The notes beneath the pieces are model-generated. The model had not been told where the DNA came from. It was given only the letters and a program-made list of their open reading frames with translations, and searched no databases. Position numbers and translations under genes: made by a program. Shown in pieces: positions 16,312-26,050 of a stretch of DNA of 64,000 nucleotides. How positions within the stretch are numbered: position 1 is the stretch's first letter; every line of letters begins with the position of its first letter. This DNA is from an uncultured Gammaproteobacteria bacterium (lineage in GTDB: Bacteria; Patescibacteriota; Patescibacteriia; Magasanikbacterales; UBA922), in NCBI GenBank assembly GCA_964597575.1, contig CAZQXB010000001.1:842892-906891 (forward strand), read 5' to 3'.

Positions 16312-17931
16312 CACAACGGAACGAACAGCGTCAGCATACGCTGTTTTGTTTTTGGTTGAGCCATTTTTTACAGTTATAGTGGCCGCAACCTCTTCTTTTA
16401 GGTCAATCAAAAACTGATATTGCTTTTCGGCTGAGTTGACGACTAATTTATCCTTAAGTGCGGGGTTGTAGTACAAAAATTGGAATACCTCTCTTTTCTT
16501 CTCTAAAGAGAGATTTGGATACTTATTTCTAAGCTCACAAGCAAAATCAAAATAAGCCACACACTTATCATACCAATTCAGTCTTTCCTGCTTTAACTCT
16601 ACCCGTCTTTTCAGGAGTTGGTTTCTCTCATCCACAATCCCCTTTTTTCTTCTTAAGAATTCCTCATTATCTAAAAGTAATCCATCTGTGTTATCAGGAG
16701 AAATCTTAAGTGTGACCAGATTGTCCAACTTAATCTCGCATTCCTTAATTTTTCTCTCCTGCTGCTCATCAATCTTGGTAGACACACCAACCTCCTCCTC
16801 ATTTGCCTTATTAAGCTCTTCGATTGCTAAACGCATAAAATCCTCATCTATCGCGAGCCTGCCAACCTCAACTAACACCTGCTCCTCAACTTTTTCCTCA
16901 CGGATATACGATTTACCTACACATTTCATGCACCGATAATACCTATGCCCCTTGGCCATCATGCCTGAAATAGTACCCCCGCAATCGCCGCAACTCATGA
17001 AATTACTATATGGGTAAAACGTAATCGTAGAAACAGGATGACTATTATTTTTTAAAATCTTTTGATTCTGTACAAAAACTTCCCGAGAAATAATCGGATC
17101 ATGACGATTCTCCGCTGGAAGATCCTCTGGTTCAATAATTTCACCTTTCCAACGAATAGCGCCGTAATAAAAGGGATTCTTTAGAATTCGTTCAATAGTA
17201 GCACCGCTTACCATTTTCTTTGATCTTGTAGCGGTCAACCCTAAATCAAAAGAAGCTCTCCGTAAAGCATTCATACTGTATTGACCCGTTGCGTGTAGCT
17301 CACAAGTTTTTTTTAAAATTTCAGAAATAAAAGGATCTGGCTCAATACGTTTAAGGCGTCTCCCTAGTTTCTGCAAAGCCTCCTGTTTCTCAAAAGAGTA
17401 TTGTTTGCCAGAAATTTTCCCCTCCCTGTCTATATTAAGATACCCAATAGGTGCAAAATCAGGATATTCCCCTTTCCTTAATTTTGCCTGTATATCTCGC
17501 TTAACGAAATCACTAGTGTCATCTGAACTCTTTTTAGCCATGGCAAAATGTATCTGCATCATGAACTTGTCATCTGTAGTATTCGTATAGAGCTTCTCAG
17601 GCGTCCTAATCCCCTTTATAAGCCCCTGATCCATCATATAGATGATTTGCCCGCCATCGAGGCTATTACGTGCTAAGCGCGTCAAATGATAGGTCAGAAT
17701 ACAGTTTGCTTTCCCTGACCGGATAAGCTCTAGCAACCTACCAAATTCTTCACGGCCTTCTTTATACGCACTTTTAGACTCAGCCAAAAGCTCCAACACG
17801 GTAAGCTTGTCCCGTAAGGCAATATCGCCCATTTCTTTCTTTTGTGAATCAATCGAAAGAACTTGTCGATCTTCGGAATCGGAAGACTTTCTACAGTAGG
17901 TAACATACAAGAACTCTGATGTCTTATTCAT
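16273..17931 (-). CDS. Large serine recombinase (resolvase, recombinase and Zn-ribbon domains)
   Basis: YCRKSS catalytic motif, QVLSIDSQ, RLARN, ILKNPFYYG, CGDCG..YYRC; 3' end overlaps tRNA-Asp antisense. Confidence 0.93.
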   Translation of the reverse strand: MNKTSEFLYVTYCRKSSDSEDRQVLSIDSQKKEMGDIALRDKLTVLELLAESKSAYKEGREEFGRLLELIRSGKANCILTYHLTRLARNSLDGGQIIYMMDQGLIKGIRTPEKLYTNTTDDKFMMQIHFAMAKKSSDDTSDFVKRDIQAKLRKGEYPDFAPIGYLNIDREGKISGKQYSFEKQEALQKLGRRLKRIEPDPFISEILKKTCELHATGQYSMNALRRASFDLGLTATRSKKMVSGATIERILKNPFYYGAIRWKGEIIEPEDLPAENRHDPIISREVFVQNQKILKNNSHPVSTITFYPYSNFMSCGDCGGTISGMMAKGHRYYRCMKCVGKSYIREEKVEEQVLVEVGRLAIDEDFMRLAIEELNKANEEEVGVSTKIDEQQERKIKECEIKLDNLVTLKISPDNTDGLLLDNEEFLRRKKGIVDERNQLLKRRVELKQERLNWYDKCVAYFDFACELRNKYPNLSLEKKREVFQFLYYNPALKDKLVVNSAEKQYQFLIDLKEEVAATITVKNGSTKNKTAYADAVRSVVRAGRGSNPQLLP

Positions 17932-17943
17932 ACAGACAACATC

Positions 17944-18087
17944 TTACCGTTGGTTGCCATAATAAGCAATTTTAACTATCTTAATAAGACGAGAGAATGC
18001 TTCAAAGGCCTCCTGGTGTTCCAGGTGCACACCATACTTCCTTTCGTACAGTGCCATAAATTTTTGGAGGCCTTCCTCAGAGATCAT
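17944..18087 (-). CDS. 47-aa protein upstream of the integrase (absent from the ORF track)
   Basis: Manual translation MISEEGLQKFMALYERKYGVHLEHQEAFEAFSRLIKIVKIAYYGNQR*; ends 12 nt before the integrase ATG. Confidence 0.6.
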   Translation of the reverse strand: MISEEGLQKFMALYERKYGVHLEHQEAFEAFSRLIKIVKIAYYGNQR

Positions 18088-18194
18088 AGTAAATTACGAA
18101 ACTCTTACTTAATCGTTCTTCTGTAGTTCTACTAAAATAATGGAATTCTTATACGACCTATAAAGTTCCAAATTACGTAACCTGTACACAACAT

Positions 18195-19571
18195 TTAATA
18201 TTTGACTTGTAACCCCATGTCATCTAATTCTTTTTGGAGAGATCCCTCTCCTTTCTTTGACTCCTTAGAAATGTTCATAACATTCATATGTTCAAAATCA
18301 AAACCATACTTTTTCGCTAATTTTTCTAAATTCTCGTTTAACCCATTATCTTCTAGAACAAAACCATTCATCTTTTTTACGACCTTTAGATGAAGTTTAT
18401 TTCTTACAATTTCACCAATTTTTCGAGGGCTTAACACTGTTTCATCAGAAGAAAATAAGTGATTATAGCCCTCAGCAACACGCTTCATTGTAATTCCACG
18501 CTCATCCAGACCAACTCGGATATTAATAATTGTTTCTAATACCTGACCCTCAAAACTCATTCCACGATCATTCATTAACTCTTTACCGTATCCTCGAATC
18601 ATCTCCATGAGTTCTAGTCTTAAATTCTGATCATTAATAATACTCAGTAATGGCGCTATTATCTGATTAAGTCGTGACTCAACAGAGTGATCATAAACCG
18701 AAAGATCGATTGCTTTTTTTCCATAATTCCTTAGTCGCCACATGAGGCACTTATTTCGTATAACCGTAGCTTCCTGGTCGAAACTATCATTTAGGTTAAT
18801 CGGAACATCTCTTCTGGTTAATTTCCCATCCATACGCTCTACTAAAAATCGGCTTTCTAGAGCTTTATCCTCAAACTTATTGCGTGTCGCAACGATCTTG
18901 GGGCAAAACACATCAAATGATGCGATATCATTGGGGTTCTTTCTATCCTTGCAACGTAATATTGCTAAACCGGTCTGAAAACCATTATTAAGAATTTTTA
19001 TAATATCTACATTGGTATCACTAAAACGTAAATCAGCCTCATCTAAAATGAGGGTTCCTTTATACAAATCTATAAGACGAAAAATTGGAGCTGAAGTAGT
19101 CGCCCCCATTGTAAACATAGGTTTATAGCATACAGAACCAACTACCTTTAAAAACCGACTTTTACCGCTACCATAGTCGCCAATAGCGCGAAGATAGGGT
19201 AATTCTTTAAAAGAGTCATATGTCCAAGTCAATAGAACATAATAAGGGGCTATTTTTTCAAAAAACGAACTAATTTCTAAATACTTATGTATAAAATTCG
19301 CAATCTCATCAATAAGGTCTTTATCATTACCATATTCTGAGGGCTCTGTAGGGAATAAAATGACCTTATTCCTCACAAGATCGGCATCTGGAGGAAACGG
19401 GAAGATAACCCCTCCATTTGTTTCTACAAAATCCTTAATAACAACATCTCCATTACAATAACCAACAAATTTTGTGACTTGAGTATTGGGATCATAAATC
19501 ATCTCAAATATACCTTCATCGGTCTTAACCAATGAGGATTTTTTAGTTTTTTCTTCTAAATTCATATTCAT
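18195..19571 (-). CDS. P-loop ATPase/helicase-like replication protein (DUF3631-like)
   Basis: Walker A GDYGSGKS, Walker B LILDEAD, ALESRF, winged-helix-like C-terminus. Confidence 0.75.
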   Translation of the reverse strand: MNMNLEEKTKKSSLVKTDEGIFEMIYDPNTQVTKFVGYCNGDVVIKDFVETNGGVIFPFPPDADLVRNKVILFPTEPSEYGNDKDLIDEIANFIHKYLEISSFFEKIAPYYVLLTWTYDSFKELPYLRAIGDYGSGKSRFLKVVGSVCYKPMFTMGATTSAPIFRLIDLYKGTLILDEADLRFSDTNVDIIKILNNGFQTGLAILRCKDRKNPNDIASFDVFCPKIVATRNKFEDKALESRFLVERMDGKLTRRDVPINLNDSFDQEATVIRNKCLMWRLRNYGKKAIDLSVYDHSVESRLNQIIAPLLSIINDQNLRLELMEMIRGYGKELMNDRGMSFEGQVLETIINIRVGLDERGITMKRVAEGYNHLFSSDETVLSPRKIGEIVRNKLHLKVVKKMNGFVLEDNGLNENLEKLAKKYGFDFEHMNVMNISKESKKGEGSLQKELDDMGLQVKY

Positions 19572-19596
19572 TGCATTAAAAGTGTGTAAACCGAAA

Positions 19597-19848
19597 TTAG
19601 CGACGTTTAAAAATTGCCTGAGCAGTACGAATACCTTCTATCATGTCATGGGCATACACCTTTAACTTTTTTGAAAGTAGCTGGGTTAATATGCGTTTAC
19701 ATTTCCCTTGATCCTCAAAACGAAAAAAAACGGTTCCTCGCTCGGCCACTTCATATCCATCAACCACACAACCAGCACTTAGTAAAACGTAGATTTCAAA
19801 ACGATCTTTAGTTACATAAAATGGTACGTAATCTATTTTCATATACAT
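19597..19848 (-). CDS. Small hypothetical protein of the replication operon
   Basis: 83 aa, co-oriented directly upstream of the ATPase. Confidence 0.6.
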   Translation of the reverse strand: MYMKIDYVPFYVTKDRFEIYVLLSAGCVVDGYEVAERGTVFFRFEDQGKCKRILTQLLSKKLKVYAHDMIEGIRTAQAIFKRR

Positions 19849-19911
19849 TAAATTAAAAAAATAAACTGCTTATGATCGCAGTTTATCAAATGGTATTTAT
19901 TGTTATACCCT

Positions 19912-19935
19912 CGTCGAATGCAGCTGCATTCGACG
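19912..19935. promoter_or_regulatory. Perfect 24-bp palindrome (candidate operator)
   Basis: CGTCGAATGCAG|CTGCATTCGACG. Confidence 0.6.
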
Positions 19936-19937
19936 TA

Positions 19938-20645
19938 TCACCTAAACTTAGCCTTGACTCTTCCTAAATTAGACTTTACGCTATTTGGCGTAACATTTTT
20001 ATAGCCCCATTCTTTCAAGATAGCAGCAATAACCTGATTTTTATACCTGTATTTTTTACTTTTATCTTTTAATAATTGAGGGAGAAAATTGATTGAACAT
20101 TCATTAAGTCTAACACACGCCATGACTAAATTTTTATCTTTGAAAGGGGAGATTCTTTTTAACGGGCTATACACTGCACACCGTTTTATTTCAGATTTTA
20201 TATTCTTCCAATTACTTTTAATATACTGCAAAACATCATCCCTAGATGCCATTTCAGGAATTATTAGTTTTACATATGACTGGCCGTTTTCAATCACTCC
20301 ATCTCTGGAAGGCAATTCAATCAAAAAACCAACACTTGATACTTTTTCTTTAATTTTATCAAAATAATCTCCGAGTATTATGTAATTTTTAAGCAAACTT
20401 AAAAAATTTGGAGTCTGTGGTATTTTGTATTTTTTTAGAATTTCTCTTTCTTTAAGTTGAAATTCAGATAAACTGATAGTAGTTTTCTCGAGTGAAGATA
20501 GATATCTTTTGTAATGATCTTGACTGGAAAATCCCCCTATCGGGATATTAAAAATTAAACGAAATAAGTGTATATCCTCCAAAAACTCCTTATTGAAAAT
20601 GAGAGAGTAGAACAGTTCTTTAGCCTTATTAGTCTCGTTTTTCAT
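19938..20645 (-). CDS. Hypothetical basic protein, possible element regulator
   Basis: 235 aa; C-terminus resembles an HTH (NQVIAAILKEWGYKNVTPNSVKSNL). Confidence 0.6.
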   Translation of the reverse strand: MKNETNKAKELFYSLIFNKEFLEDIHLFRLIFNIPIGGFSSQDHYKRYLSSLEKTTISLSEFQLKEREILKKYKIPQTPNFLSLLKNYIILGDYFDKIKEKVSSVGFLIELPSRDGVIENGQSYVKLIIPEMASRDDVLQYIKSNWKNIKSEIKRCAVYSPLKRISPFKDKNLVMACVRLNECSINFLPQLLKDKSKKYRYKNQVIAAILKEWGYKNVTPNSVKSNLGRVKAKFR

Positions 20646-20782
20646 AACATATTCATATAATTTTATAAGCTAAATATACACCTTTTTCTTATTTTGATAT
20701 ATCGATAAGACTTGAAGAATAACTCTGGATAAGGTAATCTAAATTCAACAATTCAAGCCTAAACTCAATAGTCCCCCTATTG

Positions 20783-20908
20783 GGCATGGCACATAAACTA
20801 CACAAATATAGAGATGGCTATGCCGTCTTTGGTATTATTTGTGTAGTCAGTAGTCGAAAGGCTACTGGGCCCCTAACGGGGTCGCCAAAGCAACGGATAG
20901 CCTTTTTT
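20783..20908 (+). ncRNA. Structured RNA resembling C4/CI antisense RNAs
   Basis: Multi-stem fold 20816-20902 with a GAAA tetraloop and T-run; upstream 12-mer is complementary to an internal loop. Confidence 0.5.
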
Positions 20909-20926
20909 GTTATCTATTTTAGAAAT

Positions 20927-21613
20927 ATGGCAAAATACGAATCTATTGAGGATCTAAAAATAAAGTGGTGGTACCGACTTTTTCAGGTAATACTTACTTG
21001 TTTCTATCTAGCATCTTTAGCGTATGGAATTGGCTTAGTAGTGATTGAAATGGTGCAACCAAATTATGTACTTGATAGACAAAATTCAACCGTTACCTGT
21101 AAATATGGGACAAAAAAATCTTATTCCTTTTTTGAAGGAAATGTTTACGAACCAGTCTTCCCTTCTGACATTCAAAGATTATGTAATGGGAATGGTAACC
21201 AAGAGATAGTAGACCGAGTAAAGGAAATGCGTGACGCAAAATTTGATGATAAGAAAATTTTATCTTTATTCTACGAAGCAAGTGAGCAAGACTGGAGGGA
21301 TTATGTAGACGAAGCAGGAAAAAGTAGTAGCCCCACAGAAATAGTAAATAGTTTTGTTTTAGATAGTCTTATTTTAAGTGAAATTGATGCACAAAAAGTC
21401 CTAAATGACCCCAGAGAAATATACGTATCCGTACATACAGTATTTAAGGCTGATAAAAGTCCTTGGGATTTAATGTGGGCAAAAATTGGATACTCTGTAT
21501 TAACTATTCTTGGTATAAGCACTGTATTTGAAATTATTAGAAGCGTTTTTAATTACATCATTGCAGGGAAATACTTTCCTCTCAAATTTATGAATATTTT
21601 TAATAAGAAATAA
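20927..21613 (+). CDS. Hypothetical two-TM membrane protein
   Basis: Start moved to MAKYES; KWWYRLFQV-TM and a C-terminal TM. Confidence 0.65.
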   Translation: MAKYESIEDLKIKWWYRLFQVILTCFYLASLAYGIGLVVIEMVQPNYVLDRQNSTVTCKYGTKKSYSFFEGNVYEPVFPSDIQRLCNGNGNQEIVDRVKEMRDAKFDDKKILSLFYEASEQDWRDYVDEAGKSSSPTEIVNSFVLDSLILSEIDAQKVLNDPREIYVSVHTVFKADKSPWDLMWAKIGYSVLTILGISTVFEIIRSVFNYIIAGKYFPLKFMNIFNKK

Positions 21614-21616
21614 TGT

Positions 21617-22846
21617 ATGAGAAAAATTATATTACTGGCGATTTTAGCGGTATCGTTTATTCCAATGGTAACACATGCAAGTTTTGACGCTAGCCTTAGA
21701 TACGGAGCAAAAGGTAAAGCCGTAACTGAGCTTCAGGAATTTCTTGCTCAACAAAAACTATATTCAGGACCTATTACAGGAAATTTTTATAGCATGACCC
21801 TTAAGGCGGTTACAGCTTTCCAAAAGCAAGAAAAGCTTCCCTCAACTGGTTATGTGGGCCCACTTACACGTGAAAAGATGAAACTCTACACTAAAGAAAA
21901 AATGAATATACAAGAATCCGAGAAACCGATACCACCCGCAGATATTCCTTACATAAGCTTTCCTACCAACGCACAAATAATCACAAAAACCGATGATCAA
22001 ACAAAAATTCTGCAGGATCAATTAACTAAACAACAAGCACAGAACGATTTATTAAAGAGACAGATTGAATACCAGAAGCATACACAAAGAAAGATAGAAG
22101 AAAGCTTAAATAAGATAGAACAAAATACCAGATCAATACCCACCCTAAACGCACCTCCTGTTCAACCGCCTCCATCTGTTACTCTAAAAGCTTTCGCACC
22201 AAATAAAAACGGAAAGGTACTGACAATAAAATCAACTGAAAAAATAACAATTGATATTAATATTGGTAATCCTAACGCAAATAACCTAAACCCAGGGTAT
22301 ACCTGCATCAAATTCGGTGATTGGCAAGGTCAAATTGTTCCGGTTGATCACAATGAGTCTAGTGCGCAGGATAGCAACTTAGACTTTTCAAAGTTGATTA
22401 CTGGAGGAAATAAAACATTTGGAGTAACCTGTTCTAATTCAGCAGGTAGCAAAACTGATTCAGTAACAATAGATATTGAACCATTGCCCGTAGTAGCTAA
22501 AAAAGTTCCGACGGACTTAAAGGTTGTCAAAAGTTCTGATTTTGCATATTCCCTAGAGAATCTGGGTGTATTTACAGAGATCCTCCAGTATTCTGTGGAT
22601 TACGAAGTATATCTTGTTGATAAGGATGGCAATAATTATCCAGAATTTGCAAACACAATAATTAGTGTGAATGCACCTGATCGCGATAGAATGACCGCCT
22701 ATCAGCTTACCACTTTGAAACCACCACTTTCGGCTAGCGGTATGGATGGGGTGACATTTCACTACACACCAAGAACAAAAGGGCTACAAACCATAACATT
22801 CTTTACGGATAGTTTCACCAAATCAATAGTCTTGGAAGTGAGGTAA
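21617..22846 (+). CDS. Secreted protein with a peptidoglycan-binding (PG_binding_1-like) domain
   Basis: Signal peptide; LRYGAKGKAVTELQEFL..TGNFYSMTLKAVTAFQ..TGYVGPLTR; coiled coil. Confidence 0.8.
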   Translation: MRKIILLAILAVSFIPMVTHASFDASLRYGAKGKAVTELQEFLAQQKLYSGPITGNFYSMTLKAVTAFQKQEKLPSTGYVGPLTREKMKLYTKEKMNIQESEKPIPPADIPYISFPTNAQIITKTDDQTKILQDQLTKQQAQNDLLKRQIEYQKHTQRKIEESLNKIEQNTRSIPTLNAPPVQPPPSVTLKAFAPNKNGKVLTIKSTEKITIDINIGNPNANNLNPGYTCIKFGDWQGQIVPVDHNESSAQDSNLDFSKLITGGNKTFGVTCSNSAGSKTDSVTIDIEPLPVVAKKVPTDLKVVKSSDFAYSLENLGVFTEILQYSVDYEVYLVDKDGNNYPEFANTIISVNAPDRDRMTAYQLTTLKPPLSASGMDGVTFHYTPRTKGLQTITFFTDSFTKSIVLEVR

Positions 22847-23082
22847 TACACCCTTCTTTTAGAATGGTGAGTAAACAGGTAAATGTAGGAAGTAAAAATT
22901 TCAAAAAATAGGAATTACGAACGGAAAATTTCCCTAAACGATTCAAATATATTGCTAATTTAAGCCATTTTTTGATATTTAAATATCTTTTCTACTTGAC
23001 CAAAACAAGTGAATAACGTAATATATACCATTACAAAGATCGGATAAGATGGTATTATATCTGTATAAATAAACTTAAGCCT

Positions 23083-23391
23083 ATGCTTAACAAATTGTTT
23101 CGTACAATTTTTCCAGCAATGAGTCCCGCGGATATCGTTAAGCAGTACCATATCCCGTCAAAAATCAAATTTAATTTTCAAACAAAAGACGGATGGACTG
23201 TTGCTACTTCTGAGGACTTGCCAGGTTTCGTTACTGAGGCGCGTAATGATCGAGAGTTGTTAGAAATGATTAACGACGGTATTTTAACGTACTTTGATGT
23301 TCCCCGTCGTGCTGGTGACACCCTCCACGGAAAGCTAGTTACTGAGGGGCACGGAATCATATCCTTGAATGAACAGCCTCAAACAGTTTAA
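23083..23391 (+). CDS. HicB-like antitoxin
   Basis: DGWTVATSEDLPGFVTEARNDRELLEMIND matches the HicB N-terminal fold. Confidence 0.7.
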   Translation: MLNKLFRTIFPAMSPADIVKQYHIPSKIKFNFQTKDGWTVATSEDLPGFVTEARNDRELLEMINDGILTYFDVPRRAGDTLHGKLVTEGHGIISLNEQPQTV

Positions 23392-23396
23392 CTGCT

Positions 23397-23636
23397 ATGG
23401 GCGAATTTACATTTAACCGTCGGGAGTGTATACGAGCATTAGTGAAGTTGGGTTTTTACCTCGATAATAAGCGCTCAGGTAAACACGATAAGTATAAAGC
23501 ACCGTTTAGTAATGCCAACCCGCCATTTATCATGGTTCCTAGACACAATGAGATTCATTGTCAGGATGCAATCATAAAGGAACTGGAAAAAATGGGCGGG
23601 AAAGAATTAGTCGAAAAATTTAAGCACTATTTATAA
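23397..23636 (+). CDS. HicA-like mRNA interferase toxin
   Basis: IRALVKLGF...SGKH...IMVPRH; paired with the HicB-like gene. Confidence 0.75.
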   Translation: MGEFTFNRRECIRALVKLGFYLDNKRSGKHDKYKAPFSNANPPFIMVPRHNEIHCQDAIIKELEKMGGKELVEKFKHYL

Positions 23637-23643
23637 AAAGCCT

Positions 23644-24360
23644 CTAGGAAGGCTTTTTATAAATACTAATCTCACGCTGGCGCATATCTAAAAAGTCGAG
23701 GACTTCTTTGATTTCAGTCTCATTTAAGACTCTCAATCCTCGTTTTATTAACCAAGGAGCAAAACTCCGCCCACCAATCCAGACCCCCTGAACAGGTCGT
23801 TTAATAACCACTCTTGCATGAGGAAATAGAAGAAGGCTGGTGACAGGATAATCCCTGCCAGTCTTTTCTTTTAGTAAGTTCTCTACATAATGGGCCTCAG
23901 CTTTGGCTTGGCCTATAAAATCTCTTTCTGTTTCTTGACCGTTAATTAAAATTCTATTTTCTAGATTTGTAACCACACCCCTCATGGCCTTTACTTCGAT
24001 CGTAAAAATACCAGTTTCTCCGACACAAATATAATCAATGTTCCCACGTCCTGTGTCATAATCAGGCAGTAGCTTATAGGAAGGAGTCAGAGTTTCTAAC
24101 ACACTACCCATCACCCACTCTGCTCCAGTCCCTCTACCCCAAGTGAAATAATTAAGCCTTCTCAGATCACTCAAGATATCTGCAAAAACACCAAATAAAA
24201 AGACGACAAGAAAAATAAATGGAATTGAATATTTACCTGAAAAATTTGCCCCAATGTAAAGAAGGAAAAGCGTATATAAAACTCCACATAAAATTACCAA
24301 CTGAATACGGTTCTTATTCCTTTTATACGTCGTGTACGTATACGAATCCCTGTTATCCAT
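23644..24360 (-). CDS. NERD-domain nuclease-related membrane protein
   Basis: Two N-terminal TMs; G..AE, NIDYICVGETGIFTIEVK, QAK motifs. Confidence 0.8.
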   Translation of the reverse strand: MDNRDSYTYTTYKRNKNRIQLVILCGVLYTLFLLYIGANFSGKYSIPFIFLVVFLFGVFADILSDLRRLNYFTWGRGTGAEWVMGSVLETLTPSYKLLPDYDTGRGNIDYICVGETGIFTIEVKAMRGVVTNLENRILINGQETERDFIGQAKAEAHYVENLLKEKTGRDYPVTSLLLFPHARVVIKRPVQGVWIGGRSFAPWLIKRGLRVLNETEIKEVLDFLDMRQREISIYKKPS

Positions 24361-24427
24361 ATAAAGGGGCTTGATTTTGATAATAACAGCGATATGATAC
24401 CATTTTAGGCCTTATGGATACATATAT

Positions 24428-25558
24428 ATGCCATCTACAGAACTATATGTTTTCAAATACACCAGAAAACCAGAATACTACAGTGATCTCTATGACAAAG
24501 GGACTATTGCGGAGTGTAAGTATTACCTGGATGCGTTTACCATAGACCCTAAAAAACTCTCAGAACCCCTTAAGGAAGAAAATGGGGAAGAAATGACTCC
24601 TGAGAAAAGGCAGGCACTCTATAAGTCGTTTGCAGACTTGAGCCTGTACTTCACTCGGGGTGAGCGTTATATGGCCAAGGACAAAACGATTAAAGAGTGG
24701 ATGGATAGAGATCGCAAACTAGATGAGAGATTAGCAAGAGTAACCATTAAAACAAGGTATTGTGATCGATGCGGCCAAACCATGGATTGTATAGATAAAA
24801 GCTATCAGGGGGCAAATAACGAGCGAATTATCGTAATGTACATGTGCCCCGACTGTAAAAGAGCACGGGCCTTTTATGATAATGGTGAGGAATATGATCC
24901 AGAGAGTAAGTGTAAAAAATGTTATAGTACAAATACTAGTAAATCCATACGAAACGGGAGGACTATCACTATTACAGACACCTGTGATAATTGTGGAAAC
25001 GTAGAAGTAGATGACATAACACTTAGCGAAGAAAAACAACCGGATAAGGCACAGGAAGAAAAGGAACGCCGTCAGTTTATCGCTGATCGTGAGAAGTATT
25101 GTATTGATGACCAAAAAGGAGGTGAATATATAAGCTTCAAAGAAGGTTTAAAAACAATGGAAGAAATAGCCAATAAGCACAAAGAAAAAGAGAATAATAA
25201 GGCTCTCTACGACGAAGTGGCCAAAGTACAAAAACTCAATGTTGCACAACTGAAACAACTACTCTCCCCTGCCCTAGAGAAAGAAAAGTACACTGCCCTT
25301 GAATTTAGTAACCCTGAAATGAAACGAGGGGTTATTGTTAGTTTTACTGTTCAAGAAAATGATACTGACCGCAAAGAATATGACAGTAAACATGGCTTAC
25401 GTAAATTGATTGACGCCACCCTCCTCAATACCAACTGGCGTTTGATGTCAGATGGTATTTATACTAGACTTGGAGTACTTTCTGGTAGACTTAAAGGGGT
25501 GGAATCTGAAGAGGAAATTGCTAATTTGATTAAAAAGGATAGACTAAAAAATCTATGA
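24428..25558 (+). CDS. Hypothetical protein with multiple CxxC zinc ribbons
   Basis: CDRC, CPDC, CKKC, CDNC. Confidence 0.7.
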   Translation: MPSTELYVFKYTRKPEYYSDLYDKGTIAECKYYLDAFTIDPKKLSEPLKEENGEEMTPEKRQALYKSFADLSLYFTRGERYMAKDKTIKEWMDRDRKLDERLARVTIKTRYCDRCGQTMDCIDKSYQGANNERIIVMYMCPDCKRARAFYDNGEEYDPESKCKKCYSTNTSKSIRNGRTITITDTCDNCGNVEVDDITLSEEKQPDKAQEEKERRQFIADREKYCIDDQKGGEYISFKEGLKTMEEIANKHKEKENNKALYDEVAKVQKLNVAQLKQLLSPALEKEKYTALEFSNPEMKRGVIVSFTVQENDTDRKEYDSKHGLRKLIDATLLNTNWRLMSDGIYTRLGVLSGRLKGVESEEEIANLIKKDRLKNL

Positions 25559-26034
25559 ACCATACTCAGCTACAGGATGAATCAGAAATAGCGTGTGTCT
25601 CTAGGTTTATCGAGACATACAATGTTACACATGGTACAAATTTTACACTCATCCAAAAAAATCCCATTCAAAACGAGGTGGACATTTTTTGCATAGATGA
25701 ATCTAATGGTACAAAAATTCAGGTACAAGTTAAAAAATCAGATCCTACGATGGCAGGTGATGTGGGTAAACTTCGGGGAGTTCCTTCTGCAAAGAAAAAT
25801 CAAATTCACAGACATAGTACGGGAATTTTAGAAAATGTTATAAACAATATAAACAATGTTGAAAACAAATATAAAGAACAAAACAAAAATATGTCGAAAA
25901 TAATATTATTACTTGATGATCTCGGAGATCCTCCTGATTTTATACTACACCAGACTAAAGAAAAAATTCCAAAAAATTCGTTTAAGGAGATATGGATGAC
26001 AAGAAGGCGACAAAGTCCCTATAGGCTATACTAA
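25555..26034 (+). CDS. Hypothetical protein with a possible PD-(D/E)XK nuclease fold
   Basis: E...VDIFC....IQVQVK spacing; 4-nt overlap with the upstream gene. Confidence 0.5.
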   Translation: MNHTQLQDESEIACVSRFIETYNVTHGTNFTLIQKNPIQNEVDIFCIDESNGTKIQVQVKKSDPTMAGDVGKLRGVPSAKKNQIHRHSTGILENVINNINNVENKYKEQNKNMSKIILLLDDLGDPPDFILHQTKEKIPKNSFKEIWMTRRRQSPYRLY

Positions 26035-26050
26035 AGGTAAAATATTAGTA

